A stretch of DNA of 64,000 bases from Rhizodiscina lignyota (taxonomy: Eukaryota), in assembly GCA_010015805.1 (NCBI GenBank), contig ML978124.1:310001-374000 (forward strand), read 5' to 3'. The notes under the pieces are model-generated. The model ran no database searches. It saw only the letters and a list, made by a program, of their open reading frames with translations, and was not told the origin of the DNA. Position numbers and translations under genes: made by a program. Below are positions 49,900 to 61,936 of this stretch, piece after piece. Numbering within the stretch: the first letter of the stretch is position 1; the number at the start of each line of letters is the position of its first letter.

Positions 49900-51556
49900 T
49901 CAGACCTGCTGCTTCTTCTTAGCTCTACCATCTTCAGTACCTTCCTCACCTGTCAAGCGTGACTTTCCTTCCTCCTTCAGGGCTAGCTGCTTCACCAGCC
50001 GTTTGAGCACATTGACTGGGCGAAAAGGAACGCTAACTCCAGAACTGTCCAGAAGCACCACAGAATTGTTGTGGGACTCGTTGGCCTCTTTGACGCTTTG
50101 AGCTTTGATGGAGGTGAAGAATCCTATTTTGTCTAGAGTATTCACGGAGTTGACCTCGCAAAAATCTCCCTTGATTCCAGAAGGTTTCTCGTCGAAGATC
50201 TCGAAGTATGGCAGGCCACAGTCGGCATACGTCTTTGCAGTGATGGGGGTTGACGGAGGTGGGAGATCGGTCAGCTTCTCGAAGAGGTCGGAGTTCAGAA
50301 TCTGAACATTGAAGAGAATAGTGCGTGACATATCCCAAATGCTGGAGTGGAAGGGGTCCTGCAATATGGCCTGCTTGATAAGACCGCCGGCGGATAGGCC
50401 CATATCGGGGTTCTTCTCCGGTACATCTCCACCACCGCCTCGAAGCCCAAGGACAAGATGCACTGTAGAATCCTGCAAACCATCACGTCAGCTATTCTGG
50501 CTTGAGTGTGGAGAGCAAAGATAATGTCTTGCATTCTGGATGTTCAAGTCCGCCATTGTTTGGCCCGCTTCCAGGATCAGCAACGATAAGCAATTGGTAG
50601 TGTAGGCTTAGTGCACTCACCGTTAATCTGTTTACCCCTGTGAATAAGACGCTGCCGCTCAGGCGGGATACCTTCCTTGTCCTGCATCATATCTTTCAAG
50701 TTGCCGTCAGTGAATTGGGATTGCACGAGAAGGGGAATCGCTTTTCCTGTCACCATCATGATGGTGATTTGCATGTCTTTTTGGCCAGGCAAATAAATGG
50801 CCACCTGAGGTTGTCGAACAGTTGGAGGAGAAATTTTCGGGGTGATCTCGAATTGAAGACCACGTACGACTTCGTCTCCGGTTACCTGAGCCTCGACGGA
50901 GTATCCGCTACCACATGGCATTGCTACGAACTGGCGAACAGCGCCGTCAGAACTTGCAATGCCATCTACAGATTCAAAACTGAGTCAGCATGAACGCCCG
51001 GAGTGCGAGTGCACAAATCATTCACGTACCAAGCCAAAGTTGGCGCGGAGTAACCACATAGTCCTGTAGAGACTTGCCCTCGCGGAACAGCTTGAGGCGC
51101 TTGAGCATCGTCACTTCGTTCTCCAGGACGGGAAGACCAGAGATAGCATTCACACCGCCAACGTAGACCTTGATAGCGAATGGATCGTTTCCTTTGAAAC
51201 TAATCCACATTGCCTCACGTTCTTTACAAGTCAGCAGAGTCCAATTTTGAGGCACTGCTAGAAGACTTACGATACATGGGAAAGAAGATGCCGCCTTTCT
51301 TCTGGATTTCGTCCGGGAGAGTGCTCTTAAAGTCTTGAACATTGTAAAGCGGGAACGTACCAAGACCTGGTGGAAGTGCGTTAATGGAGTTATCGTCTGT
51401 AACACGAACCGTACGCTGGAACTCGATAGTAACGCCCGTTGAGTAATAACGAGGGGAGATCGTGACGCTCCGGTGCTCCTTTGATGAAACTCCTTTTCCA
51501 TAGTTGCGGTTTAGAGTGACGCGAAGGTCATCTTTGGGCTGAGTTGTGAGTACCAT
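49900..51556 (-). CDS. Uncharacterised protein with an internal 76-aa ubiquitin-like domain; 5 exons
   Basis: The host halves (FQRTVRV..LPPGLGTFPL..PMYQREAMWISF..RQFVAMP..GLQFEITP and MGLSAGGLIKQ..DP..WD..GLPYF) flank MQITIMMVTGK..QDKEGIPPERQRLI..GKQ..STVHLVLGLRGG. The model needs a GC-AG intron at 50532-50473. Confidence 0.8.
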
Positions 51557-52106
51557 TTTCGTGGTATGGCGCGAGGAATATGAGAGTTAGCAGGAAGCCG
51601 TGGACCTTATGAACAAAGTGCAGACTGCTAGAAGCAGTTCAGTTGAGAAACTCAAGAGATTGTTGAAGCGAAGTTTTAAGTAGCCGTAAGGCAACACTGG
51701 TCTTGGCAAGCCATGTGGTGAACACGAGTTAGGAAGGCACGAAAATGCCAAACGGAACTTAAGAGGAGTAAAAAGCCATGAGGCGCACCAGTTGGGGAAT
51801 GGTTATCAGTTTATGGGGGAAGGTATCTATTTCTTGATTCATCCGCCGATCTTATACCCAGCTTTTGGTTTTCCTCAGCCTCAGGTTGAACCTTGCCCAC
51901 TTGCAACCCGCCAACCTGTTAATGCAGCTACCGCAATGTGAATTTCATGTCAAACTGTCTAGATACGCCAGGGCAACCAGCAAAGTCTTGTGGTGGGAGC
52001 TCAGCCAGTGAAACACTGATAGCATCCCAATATCTCTGGCGTGCCCTTGCCCACTTGATGTCTTCGCATCGACGCTCGTTGCGAGCAGAGAAGTGAATGT
52101 AATGAT

Positions 52107-53037
52107 TTACAAGTCGGGGTCCTCCTCGTCTGGCAGGGGCATGTTGGCCGCATCCTGCATCTCCTTCTGGTACTGCTCGAGCACAGCCTGGTCGACCTGA
52201 ACCTCGGGGGGAGCAAGAGCGGGAGCAGCGACGAACTCCTGGGATTTTTGTCAGCTCAATGTTGCAGGTATAGAATTCAAATGGTTAGGACTTACGAGGC
52301 TCTGGTTGCCGACCAGCTTCCTAGCGAGCCAGAGGAACGGCTTCTCGAAGTTGTAGTTCGACTTGGCAGAGATATCGTAGTACTGGAGGTTCTTCTTGCG
52401 GTGGAAGGTGATGGTCTTGGCCTTGACCTTGCGCTCCTTCACATCGACCTTGTTACCGCAGAGGACGATCGGGATGTTCTCACAGACGCGCACGAGATCA
52501 CCTGCATGTCGCGGTTAGCTGTGCCTCAACTTCTTGCAATATTTGTTTCACTTACGGTGCCAGTTGGGGACGTTCTTGTACGTGATGCGGGAGGTGACGT
52601 CGAACATGATGATGCCGCACTGCCCGTTGATATAGTAGCCATCTCGCAAACCACCAAACTTCTCCTGGCCGGCGGTATCCCAGACATCGAACTGAATCTG
52701 GCCCAAGTTCTATTCATAATCAGTTATCGCCCGCCGAATTCTGTGGCTATGTGGGAACGAACCGTAGTGAAGCCGAGAGGGTGGACCTCAACGCCTAGGG
52801 TTGCGATGTACTTCTTCTCGAACTCGCCGGTGATGTGGCGCTTGACGAAGGTTGTCTAGCAAAAACCAGGCGTCAGTAAATCGAAAACTCTTCCCGTTTC
52901 ACGATTGCCGACGTTGTTGGGAGCAAAACACCGAGGCGCGTGTCATGGTATCTTACCTTGCCAGTACCACCATCGCCGACCAGCACGAGCTTGAACGTGG
53001 GAACGTTGCTCTGAGCGGTTGCCGCTGGTGCAGCCAT
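52107..53037 (-). CDS. GSP1: Ran GTPase; 5 exons
   Basis: [56 protein letters not shown] and the acidic tail PDEEDPDL. Confidence 0.97.
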
Positions 53038-53615
53038 GATGATTGATGTGTGCGGGATTGAGGAAGGGAGATGATGTGGTTGGCTTTGATAGCTCTGCGC
53101 TGATGTTGAATGTCAGTTGTTTGGTTGAGGAGAAGAGAGCAATGCAAAATTTATTCAGAAGCTTAAGACTCACCTAAGCTGTTTGATGACGCTGCAGGGT
53201 GTGAGTTGGCAAGTGAAGGGAAGCCTTTTGCGCGTGGAAAGCGAAAGAAGCGTTGGTGTTGACCGACACAAAAACATTCTGTTTGCACGCCCGCGGGCTA
53301 AACCGCCACGCCACCGCCGTTGTCATGTCACGTGCTTCTGTTGCCTGCCAAAATCTCCCCGCAGACGTCAGAAGCGGCAAATCCCTGGTACGAAGGTGGT
53401 TCTATCTCCAGGGAAAGCAGACTTTGGTTCAATCAATTCCACATTTAATTTTAATATTAATATTCGAATCAAAATTCAATTCAGATTCTGCCATCTCAAG
53501 TATTTTGGTCTGGAAACGCCAGGATATCATGCATGCCCGAATCGCAACCCAAGCTCCATGCCATGCAATCGTGCATTCGTGTCACTCATGTGTCTGGTCA
53601 CACATTATCCATCAA

Positions 53616-54489
53616 TCATAACAGCACGATGTGGCAGCCGAGCATTCCGCGACCTCCCCAATTCCTTCTAGGCGTCAGATTCAGATGGAACTGCTGTGGT
53701 GCAGACGCTGTCCCTTCCGTTCTGGTGACTGACACAGGTATTGACCGCTAAATCCAGTTAGCTTATTGTTCAGTTTTCAGCGAAACGTCGCCATACCCCT
53801 TCGTTTTGAGACACCACCTCCGCGACCTTGCTCAGTTTCTCGTGATTCATCCAGTTGGCGCTTCCGAAACTTATCACTTTATCTCCTGCCTTTAGACCTG
53901 CATCCGCCGCTGGACTCTGCGGTTCCACACTGTTGATCTTCGCGAAAGCTGGACCCGTTGTTTCGGAGCTAGATGTGGCAGGTACTTGTGCTGAGGACGA
54001 GGATGATGTAGCGGCTGAGGCTGATGCGGCAGCTTGAGCTTGAAGACTGGCATGATGTTCGTGGAGGCCTTTCTCGATGCTGGCCATGAGGTCCTTATAG
54101 TCATTCTTCAACCGTATTATACGTGCTCTCGTCGTTCGTACTAAGCCAGACTTAGAACATATATTCGTCTTCAACGCGGGGTGGACAGGCCATACTTTGT
54201 GGAACATCGATATCGCTTCGAGGGAACCCGTCGAAAGTTGTGAGGCTCGTATTCATATTTACGCCATGCTGTAGACCGGGACATCAGAAAAGCCAAGAGC
54301 AGAGACCAAGGCTCGACTAACAGAATCCAAAACACTGCTCAACGCCATCAGCTCCGCTTCTACCCTGTCTCTCTCCGCGATGAGCTCTTTCAGTGACAGT
54401 CGATCTTTCGAGACTCCATTCGTTGCTCCGTTCGAGGTAGGCCCGGAGGCTACCGTTGGTGCATGAAGATCGTCCATACGTAGGCCCAT
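53616..54489 (-). CDS. NAS2: Proteasome assembly chaperone Nas2/PSMD9 (PDZ domain), multi-intron
   Basis: MGLRMDDLHAPTVASGP, TFDGFPRSDID, RTTRARIIRLKND, SPAADAGLKAGD and C-terminal WGGRGMLGCH. Confidence 0.92.
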
Positions 54490-55019
54490 GAGGAAAAGTA
54501 AGAAGGAAAATCGAATCTGGAGATATTAAATGGATGGCCAACGTCAAAGACACGCCCAATAAGAGGTGTGAGTTGGAGCTTGAGAAGCACGTAAGAGTTG
54601 CCGAGGATCTACCGAACTAGGCAAGGTGAGCTTTGATCCCTGAACCACTCTTCGTCCTCCTTTCTGCAATGCAGCTGCAGTGGACGTCGCGTCGCGTCTT
54701 GCTCCTACGGGACGTGCTTTTTAGCTCCAGATTTTCGTGACGAAGTAAGGCAGTCATGACAGCTGCGTTGAGCTCCTTTGTCGGCCCTCAACTGTAGATA
54801 ATCGTCGATCGCCTCCGTTGGCCTGGTAAGTCCAGCCAGGCTCCTTCCTCCAGCTTGAGGATATCGTCCCAATTTTAGCTTCCACGTCTCCAATGTGCTT
54901 CCCATTCAATATGTCGTTTGGACTTCCTTGTATTTGACCAGTTATGTTATCCAAATAAACCCCGGGGCCGCGCAATCTGTTCTGTTTCTCCTTTCTGTTG
55001 ACCCACAGTACATTGCACA

Positions 55020-58000
55020 ATGGCATTTGTACTTTCGTTGCAGCCCCAAAGTCCTCTCAAGCGATCGTTCAGTGATACGCCTTATACACGGTCATGCTCC
55101 CCTCTCTCTATATCCTCTTCTTGTGGGACAGTCCGGCGCAATGCCTCTCGAAATCTGTCTGCAGGTTCGCTAGCCTCCATTTCTCCTCATCGAAACCGAC
55201 AGTGGAGGATTCAGAACGAGAATGCCCCGCCTCAAACATCACCTCCCCAATCTTTCAAATTCGAAGCCGACCCGAAGAGCAATGTACCCAGTCGAGCTAG
55301 CTCGGGCCAAGTCTCTCGAGAGCCTTTCCCGACTGAAGATATAGCTGCTCCTCCCCGCAGTGGCTGCCCACGAGACTCTGGTTTTGTACAAGATGACACG
55401 GAGCAAGCAGATCTACAGATCAATAACTGTCTCAATGCTCCAGAGATAACCATTCAAGACACAGTTGGACCTGAACCTACCGACGCCACGGACCGCTCCT
55501 CTCAAATTGACATCGACACTGCGCAGCAAGGAGCAAAGCAGGATGATCTTCTAAAACCGGAAGCTACTGTGCGTGGGACAGATGGTAATTCTATGCCGCC
55601 GTTTCGAAGATGGGTCACCACACTACGGCGGAAGAACCTACAGCGACGCAAGGGTTTGATTCCAAGAGAAGAACGTTGGCCACTCGATGATTCTAGCTCT
55701 GATCTCACGAACACCAACTGCAACCCTCCACGAATAAGCACGGACACAGCAAAGCATACTAAATCGTTGTCCCACTCGTCATCCATGGGTTTTATAACCG
55801 CAGTAAAGACGGCCTCTGTCACACTCGCAAGCGTTAGTATTGGACCGTTCCGAAGCCGTGCCAGTCATCTTCGAGGCGGATTTCGAAGTAGTGGAACTTC
55901 AGAGATCAGGAGGTCTATGGATAGTAACATAACATCTCTGACTCCAATTATCGACGAAGCCACATGGCTGCGTTCCCTGCAGCGGCGAAAGGTGTTGGAA
56001 GAGCTCATCTCCACGGAAGAGAGCTATCTGACAGATATGAGAGCTTTCGTTAATGTGAGTCCAAGCTCCCAGCAAAGAGCCGATCAACTCATACGTGTCA
56101 GGTCTACTCAACTCTCCTTCCTTCGGTGGCGACCATGTCCTCTCAGATCCGAACATCCGTTGAGCAGACTCTGACGCAGATCGTTCAACTCCATGAAGAG
56201 CTTCTCGGCGAACTCTGCAAAGTGATACCGCAAGCTGAACACACTCGAGATGATTCTATATCAAGCTCATCAATTGTACGACCTCGAAAGCACATGCGGT
56301 GGCATAGCGCAGATGTGTCACTGCCTCGCGATGACTTGTCCAAGGCCGGAAGAAGGATAAGACACTCGTTCGAGATCGGTCGCATCAAAGACTATAAGAC
56401 GACTGCGTTGACTGCCGATACGGGAACCACTGCCGCTGTTGCAAAGGTTTTCAATCAACTGGTAGTACATTTCCGAAACATTTTCAATGGTCGATTTCTA
56501 ACTCGGCTACAAGATGCGACGCTTTCTGGTCTACGAAGCTTGGGCTGCACATAGTGAGACGATGCACAGTGACGTTCTGTCGACTTACAGGACACTCCCA
56601 GCATGGCCAGCCATTGAGCGAGGCTTGGAATCACTATCTACTCTTGAAACCTCCATCAACAGCAGAGAATCACATCAAAGAAAAGGCCTGACACTGGCGG
56701 ATCTGCTGATCAAGGTTTGTATGCAGATATTCTGACAGAATTTGCCCGCTGATAAACGCGTATCTAGCCTATACAGCGCGTATGCAAGTATCCACTGCTC
56801 TTCGAGAGTCTCTGCAAGCAAACCCCGGCTTGTGACGACCCGATTGCGCATGACGAGATCCAAATGGTGCTTGTACGTCTACGAGAATTGACGGACGAGA
56901 TCAATAAAGCGACGGACGACCCAAAGATGCGTCAATTGGTGGAAACGACGTGGATTCTTCAAGATCGATTAACATTTGATGAGCATACTCAGCTCACAGT
57001 ACAACCTACGGTCATGTTTCACCTTATTGGCCGTGTGATCCTTTGCGGGGTATTGCATGTCGCTTTCGATACCAAAGACCGTGTGAAGGGGCAGTATATG
57101 ATCTGTTTGCTATACAGATCTTGCTTGCTGCTGGCTAGCATGAAAAAGAACAACACGAATTATAGTGTCTTCGCGGTCGTCCCCCTTAGGAACGGGGTCG
57201 TTGATGAGTCGGACAATGCCAGAGGTGCGTCATCCGGGGAAATAAATTGCAATATTGAGCCTAACCATGCGCAGGCTTGCAATGTCATACTGCTCCACAT
57301 ACCTGGAAGCTTCTCTTCGAATCACAACATCGGTTATTTGAAATCATGCTGAGCGCCTGCTCTGCGAAAGAGGAAGAAGAGTGGAGAAGCAACACGCTGG
57401 AACGAATTGCAGTGGAAAATCGCGATGTTTCCGAAGGAAGATCGAACGGAGATGACCTGGTCGTCGTGTTGCCACACGAGCTCAAATCTTTCAGCACCGC
57501 AGGAGGTCAACCTGAAAGTATGGCGCGGCGTATGTCGATACAACGAGCGGCGACGCTTGGACCAAAAACGACGATGCGTCAAGTGGTGATAAAGAATACT
57601 GAAGCTTTACACACTTCTGGTGATTCTACTGTGCGAGATCCAATTCCTGTGGCCCGCTCACTGTCACATCTCTCAACAAATCACGTGCAGACATTGGCTC
57701 CGCGTCGCGCTGACCGCATCCGCTTGGAGAATGCTTTGTTCGATGTCTGGACTAAGGACGTGCTCCCCTATCCGGGAATGGCATCTCGTCGAACGGAGAA
57801 TTCGATTCGCGCTTCTGCCAACTCTGTCATGCGGAAGCTGAGCATGGCTAGTATAGCCAGCAATTTCTCCAAGCGCTCGATTAGCTACACCAGTGTAAGT
57901 ACAACAAGCACGCGCATGATGGCAAACAGTAGTATCGACGATGGACCACATGCCTCCAATGACAGCACGAGGTTCCGATCAACGGGCAGTGGCTCCGGTA

Positions 58001-58548
58001 GATTCTGTCCTACGCAGTTGCGAGAGAGAACCCATACAGGCCCTGGATTGCCTCGAGTCGACTTTCACAACGCACCGAACGCATTCCTTCCGGAAGATTT
58101 CGAGCTCAAGCCCAAGCAGAAACAAAACGTGAAGTGCCACAGCATGTCGTCCGCCACGGAATGGAAACGTGGGCTGGCAAGCAGGATCGGTGCTGGTGGT
58201 GATTATCTCAGAGAACTACGCCCACTGACGCCGATACTTGCGACTGGCCGGTCTTCCAGAGCAGAGGGGGAGAATATGACGTTTTCAGAGGCATTGACGA
58301 GGTCGAGCTTAGTGAGCGAGGGACGAGGCGAGTCGACAACGCCTGCGAAAGCTGTCGATACTCGGGATTCAAGAGACGCGGTAAAACTACAGAGAGCGTT
58401 TACGTATGAGAGTGGCACTGTTGCAGGAGACAGGTCTAGGAAAAGAGCGAAGGATGATGCGAAGGGACCGAATGACATTCCCAATTTACTATCGACACCG
58501 AAGAAGCCAGTGAAGACGAAGAGTCGGTTCTTCAAATTTTGGTCATGA
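55020..58548 (+). CDS. Rho guanine nucleotide exchange factor (DH domain plus PH-like region); about 5 exons
   Basis: RRKVLEELISTEESYLTDM and LADLLIK|PIQRVCKYPLLF (DH conserved regions). The consecutive ORFs are linked by GT-AG introns. Confidence 0.88.
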
Positions 58549-59324
58549 GGGCTAGCAAATGGAGATGGTGAAAAGGTTAACGGAAGGAAGGTGAATTGAG
58601 AAGTTATAGAATTTGCATTGGGCGAGCACTGGAGTCATGGCTTTGAAGGTCTTCTGGTGACGGACTCTTGGATACAACTCCTTATCCGCTACGGGGACGG
58701 CTCTGATTGGTAGATGGCTATGCATTGGGATGGCGTTTGAAACGGGAGAGGATGGTGTGGGTGTTATGCAAGGTACCCGGAGGAACATCACTTTTAGAGC
58801 GTTTGTTTAGAGGATTCGTAGAAACAAAGGCATTGTACGGTAGACTACTTCGATCTGCAGTTTTTCCTGTCGATGGTCCCGAACTTTGACTCTTTTACCT
58901 CTACGGCATCGCTGCTGGGCGTTGAAAACCGAAGCAGTCTTCACCAAGAGACCCATATCAATGCTGTGACGTGGTTGCATAGTTCATTGTGGATTCTGAT
59001 GTCTTAAACTTTCTGAAACAAGGGGCATGGGATTTTCAGCGTTTTCCATGGTCACGGATTCTCGAAATCGCGATGACGTTCCGCCCCAGACAATGACATC
59101 ACCGATGTGGCCTGAGCTTCTGTGAGCTTCAAAAAGCACACGACACCTCCCAACTTTCAGCCTCAACTTACTACACATCTTCTGACACTCCAGACTCATA
59201 TAAAGAGCTCGATTGAACTCAATCTACGATCCTACCTTCAAACTTTCAACCACAAAAAGCTTCAACCCACATATCTCACTCTCACGACTACCCCACCAAC
59301 AACCTCATTCAAACAACGACCAAG

Positions 59325-59823
59325 ATGACTCGCGCAGACGGTATGCAGAGCAAAGTCCACTTCAAGGGCGATAACGACGACTTCGTTATCATCGTCCAGG
59401 ATATCGAGCAGGTGAAGAAGTGGAAAGAGGACAAGAGCATCCCGCTCGTCGACGTAGTCGATAGCTTCGACGTCTTTTGCACGCACAAGTGAGTACCTCT
59501 ACTCTATTCAACTTTCCTTTATCATCAGAACAAATCACTAACGTGACTCTACCCCATAGGCAAGGCGTACAAGGCAAGCTCGACCGTGCTTCAAATGCTG
59601 AGCTCGAGAATGAGTTCGGCACACACAAGGAGGATGACGTCGTGAAGATGATTTTGGAGAAGGGCAATCTCCAGGAGACGAAGGTATGTTGTCTTCATAA
59701 GACTTTCTTGAGAAGAGAACAATAAACTGACGTCATATTTCTTCACAGGGCCACGGCAGGCAAGGTGATCGCAATACGATGAATGGCCCAATGATCGGTG
59801 CTGCCACCGAGGTGCACAACTGA
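59325..59823 (+). CDS. RTC3: SBDS N-terminal-domain protein (Rtc3/SDO1-like); 3 exons
   Basis: Spliced product MTRADGMQSKVHFKGDNDDFVII..SIPLVDVVDSFDVFCTHKQGVQGKLDRASNAELENEFGT..ILEKG. Confidence 0.85.
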
Positions 59824-60381
59824 GCGACTCGTTGAGAGGCCGATGGGTGATGAAGGGAGCTTGAACGATCATGCAGCATTTGAAAGGCATATGAGGCGCT
59901 AAACGGGATCCATGCTGTATACTACTTTACCATGCCAAATAAGGCATGACAAAGAATCGGAATTAAAATTTCTCCGAAATATGAGATCTGGCAGTCAAAA
60001 CTCGCAACTTCCCAGCTACAACTGATTCATTGCCCTTCTCGCTCAGTTTCAGGGGCTCCTTAGTGTCGTCCTAGATTCCGTGGCTTTTGCAAGCTCGGAA
60101 TGATTCCTGAAGCGGATTAGCGCTTTCCTCGTTTTGTCCACGGCTACTCTGGGGCATACATAATGCCGGTTTCCACGGAGTACATCTCACCGGAGACTGT
60201 TTTGAAGTGTGACCGTCAGACACTGTTACGCTTATAGAGTGATGACACTCTACACAGGGCTTGAGATTATCAATGTAAGGAGGCGGTGCTTGCTTACCCC
60301 GGCGGAGCTTGAGGATAGTACTCCAGCTGAAATTCCTGTCATCTTCATTTTACTCACTTCTCTTACTCTCCCTTTTCCAGG

Positions 60382-61878
60382 ATGGCGATTCTTTCCATCA
60401 TTCCATTGATATCCTATTGGCTGTTGCTTCCCATTTCATTCTTACTGCTACGAGCTCTCTACCGAAAATATCTCCACCCGCTCCGCAAAGTGCCAGGGCC
60501 GTTTCTCGCATCGACGACCAACTTATATCGCCTCGCAATCTTCCTGCGAGGTCGCCAGCACTACGAATACCATGAGCTCCACAAGAAATATGGTCCGCTC
60601 GCTCGGCTTGGGCCTAATACTGTGATCCTGAACGATCCAGCACACTTCTCTGACTACTTCGGGTGGGATAAATCTCCATTCTGGCGGGCATTCAGAGGGC
60701 GTCTGACCGATCTGGATCACGGACAGATTGCGAATATTAAAGAACATGCGGTGGTAAAGCGACGTGTGATGGGTGGCTACAGTATGTCGAACATTATCAA
60801 GAGCGAGGGAAAAGTTGATTCGCATATTACTGAACTCATGCAGCAGTTCTCTGCGAGATGTGGGACCGTCTTCGACATGGCACCTTGGACACAGTGGGCT
60901 GCATTCGACATTGCTATGGACATGGCCTTCAGTAACCCTATCGGCTTTGTAAAAGCTGGCCACGATGTTAACGGGCTTATCGATTCATTGCACGAGCTGC
61001 TCACCGGTACTGGAATCATAGCTCTCTTTCCCAAATTTGTCACATTTATGCAACAGCCCTGGCTTTTCCCGCTCATTGCGCCTCGTCCAACTGACAAAAA
61101 GGGGCCTGGAGCCTTGTACGGCCTTGCTTGGAGCCAAGTAAACAAACGATTCGACGCACAGGACGAGGAAAAGCACGAAGACATTTTGCAATGGATCATC
61201 GAGCGCGAGGATCGAGAAGGCCAGCGACTTTCGAAAGGAGTGCTGGAGAACGAATCCGTGGCTCCTGTACTAGCAGGCTCCGACACGAGTGCCACAGTCC
61301 TGCGCGCGATCATACTCTATGTCGCCACCAATCCTCGTGTTCTCAACAAGCTCCACGAAGAGATTGACCGCGCAGACGCAGCAGGGCTTCTCTCCACGCC
61401 GCCCAAGTATGAGGAGATCAGACAGCATGTACCATACATAGCCCCGATCATGCGAGAAGCCCTGCGTATGTATACAGTCGTTGGGTCTCCGATGCCCCGC
61501 GAGGTGCCAAAAGGCGGTGCAAGTATCAATGGTTACTTCCTACCCGGAGGGACTGAAGTCAGCATCTGCCATTACGCCATTGGCCGCAACACAGCCATCT
61601 TCGGGGAAGACGCAGATCGGTTTCGGCCGGAGAGGTGGACCGAAGAGGTTGATCCGGCGACGAGGCGATTGCGCGAGACGGGCGATGTCTTCTTCAGCAA
61701 CGGTACGATGATGTGCACGGGACGGAATGTGGCGACGCTGGAGATTTGGAAGATTGCTACGCAGCTGTTTCGGCAGTTCGATATCGAGGTCGTTGATCCG
61801 GTGAAGCCATGGCAGGAGAAGGATAGTCTTGTTATGCTGGTATGGGACTTTCGGGTGTCACTGAATGTTAGAAGGTAG
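60382..61878 (+). CDS. Cytochrome P450, intronless
   Basis: N-terminal anchor, PGP, I-helix AGSDT, EALR, PERW and heme Cys in FSNGTMMCTG. Confidence 0.93.
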   Translation: MAILSIIPLISYWLLLPISFLLLRALYRKYLHPLRKVPGPFLASTTNLYRLAIFLRGRQHYEYHELHKKYGPLARLGPNTVILNDPAHFSDYFGWDKSPFWRAFRGRLTDLDHGQIANIKEHAVVKRRVMGGYSMSNIIKSEGKVDSHITELMQQFSARCGTVFDMAPWTQWAAFDIAMDMAFSNPIGFVKAGHDVNGLIDSLHELLTGTGIIALFPKFVTFMQQPWLFPLIAPRPTDKKGPGALYGLAWSQVNKRFDAQDEEKHEDILQWIIEREDREGQRLSKGVLENESVAPVLAGSDTSATVLRAIILYVATNPRVLNKLHEEIDRADAAGLLSTPPKYEEIRQHVPYIAPIMREALRMYTVVGSPMPREVPKGGASINGYFLPGGTEVSICHYAIGRNTAIFGEDADRFRPERWTEEVDPATRRLRETGDVFFSNGTMMCTGRNVATLEIWKIATQLFRQFDIEVVDPVKPWQEKDSLVMLVWDFRVSLNVRR

Positions 61879-61936
61879 GTCGTTAGTATTATCACGTCGA
61901 GAATATGATTTCCCAGCCTAGGGTAATCTAGAGGTT

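Noticed and set aside
53430..53490. AT-rich patch between GSP1 and NAS2
   Set aside because: Short; consistent with an ordinary 3' end or nucleosome-depleted region and not a RIP-degraded element.
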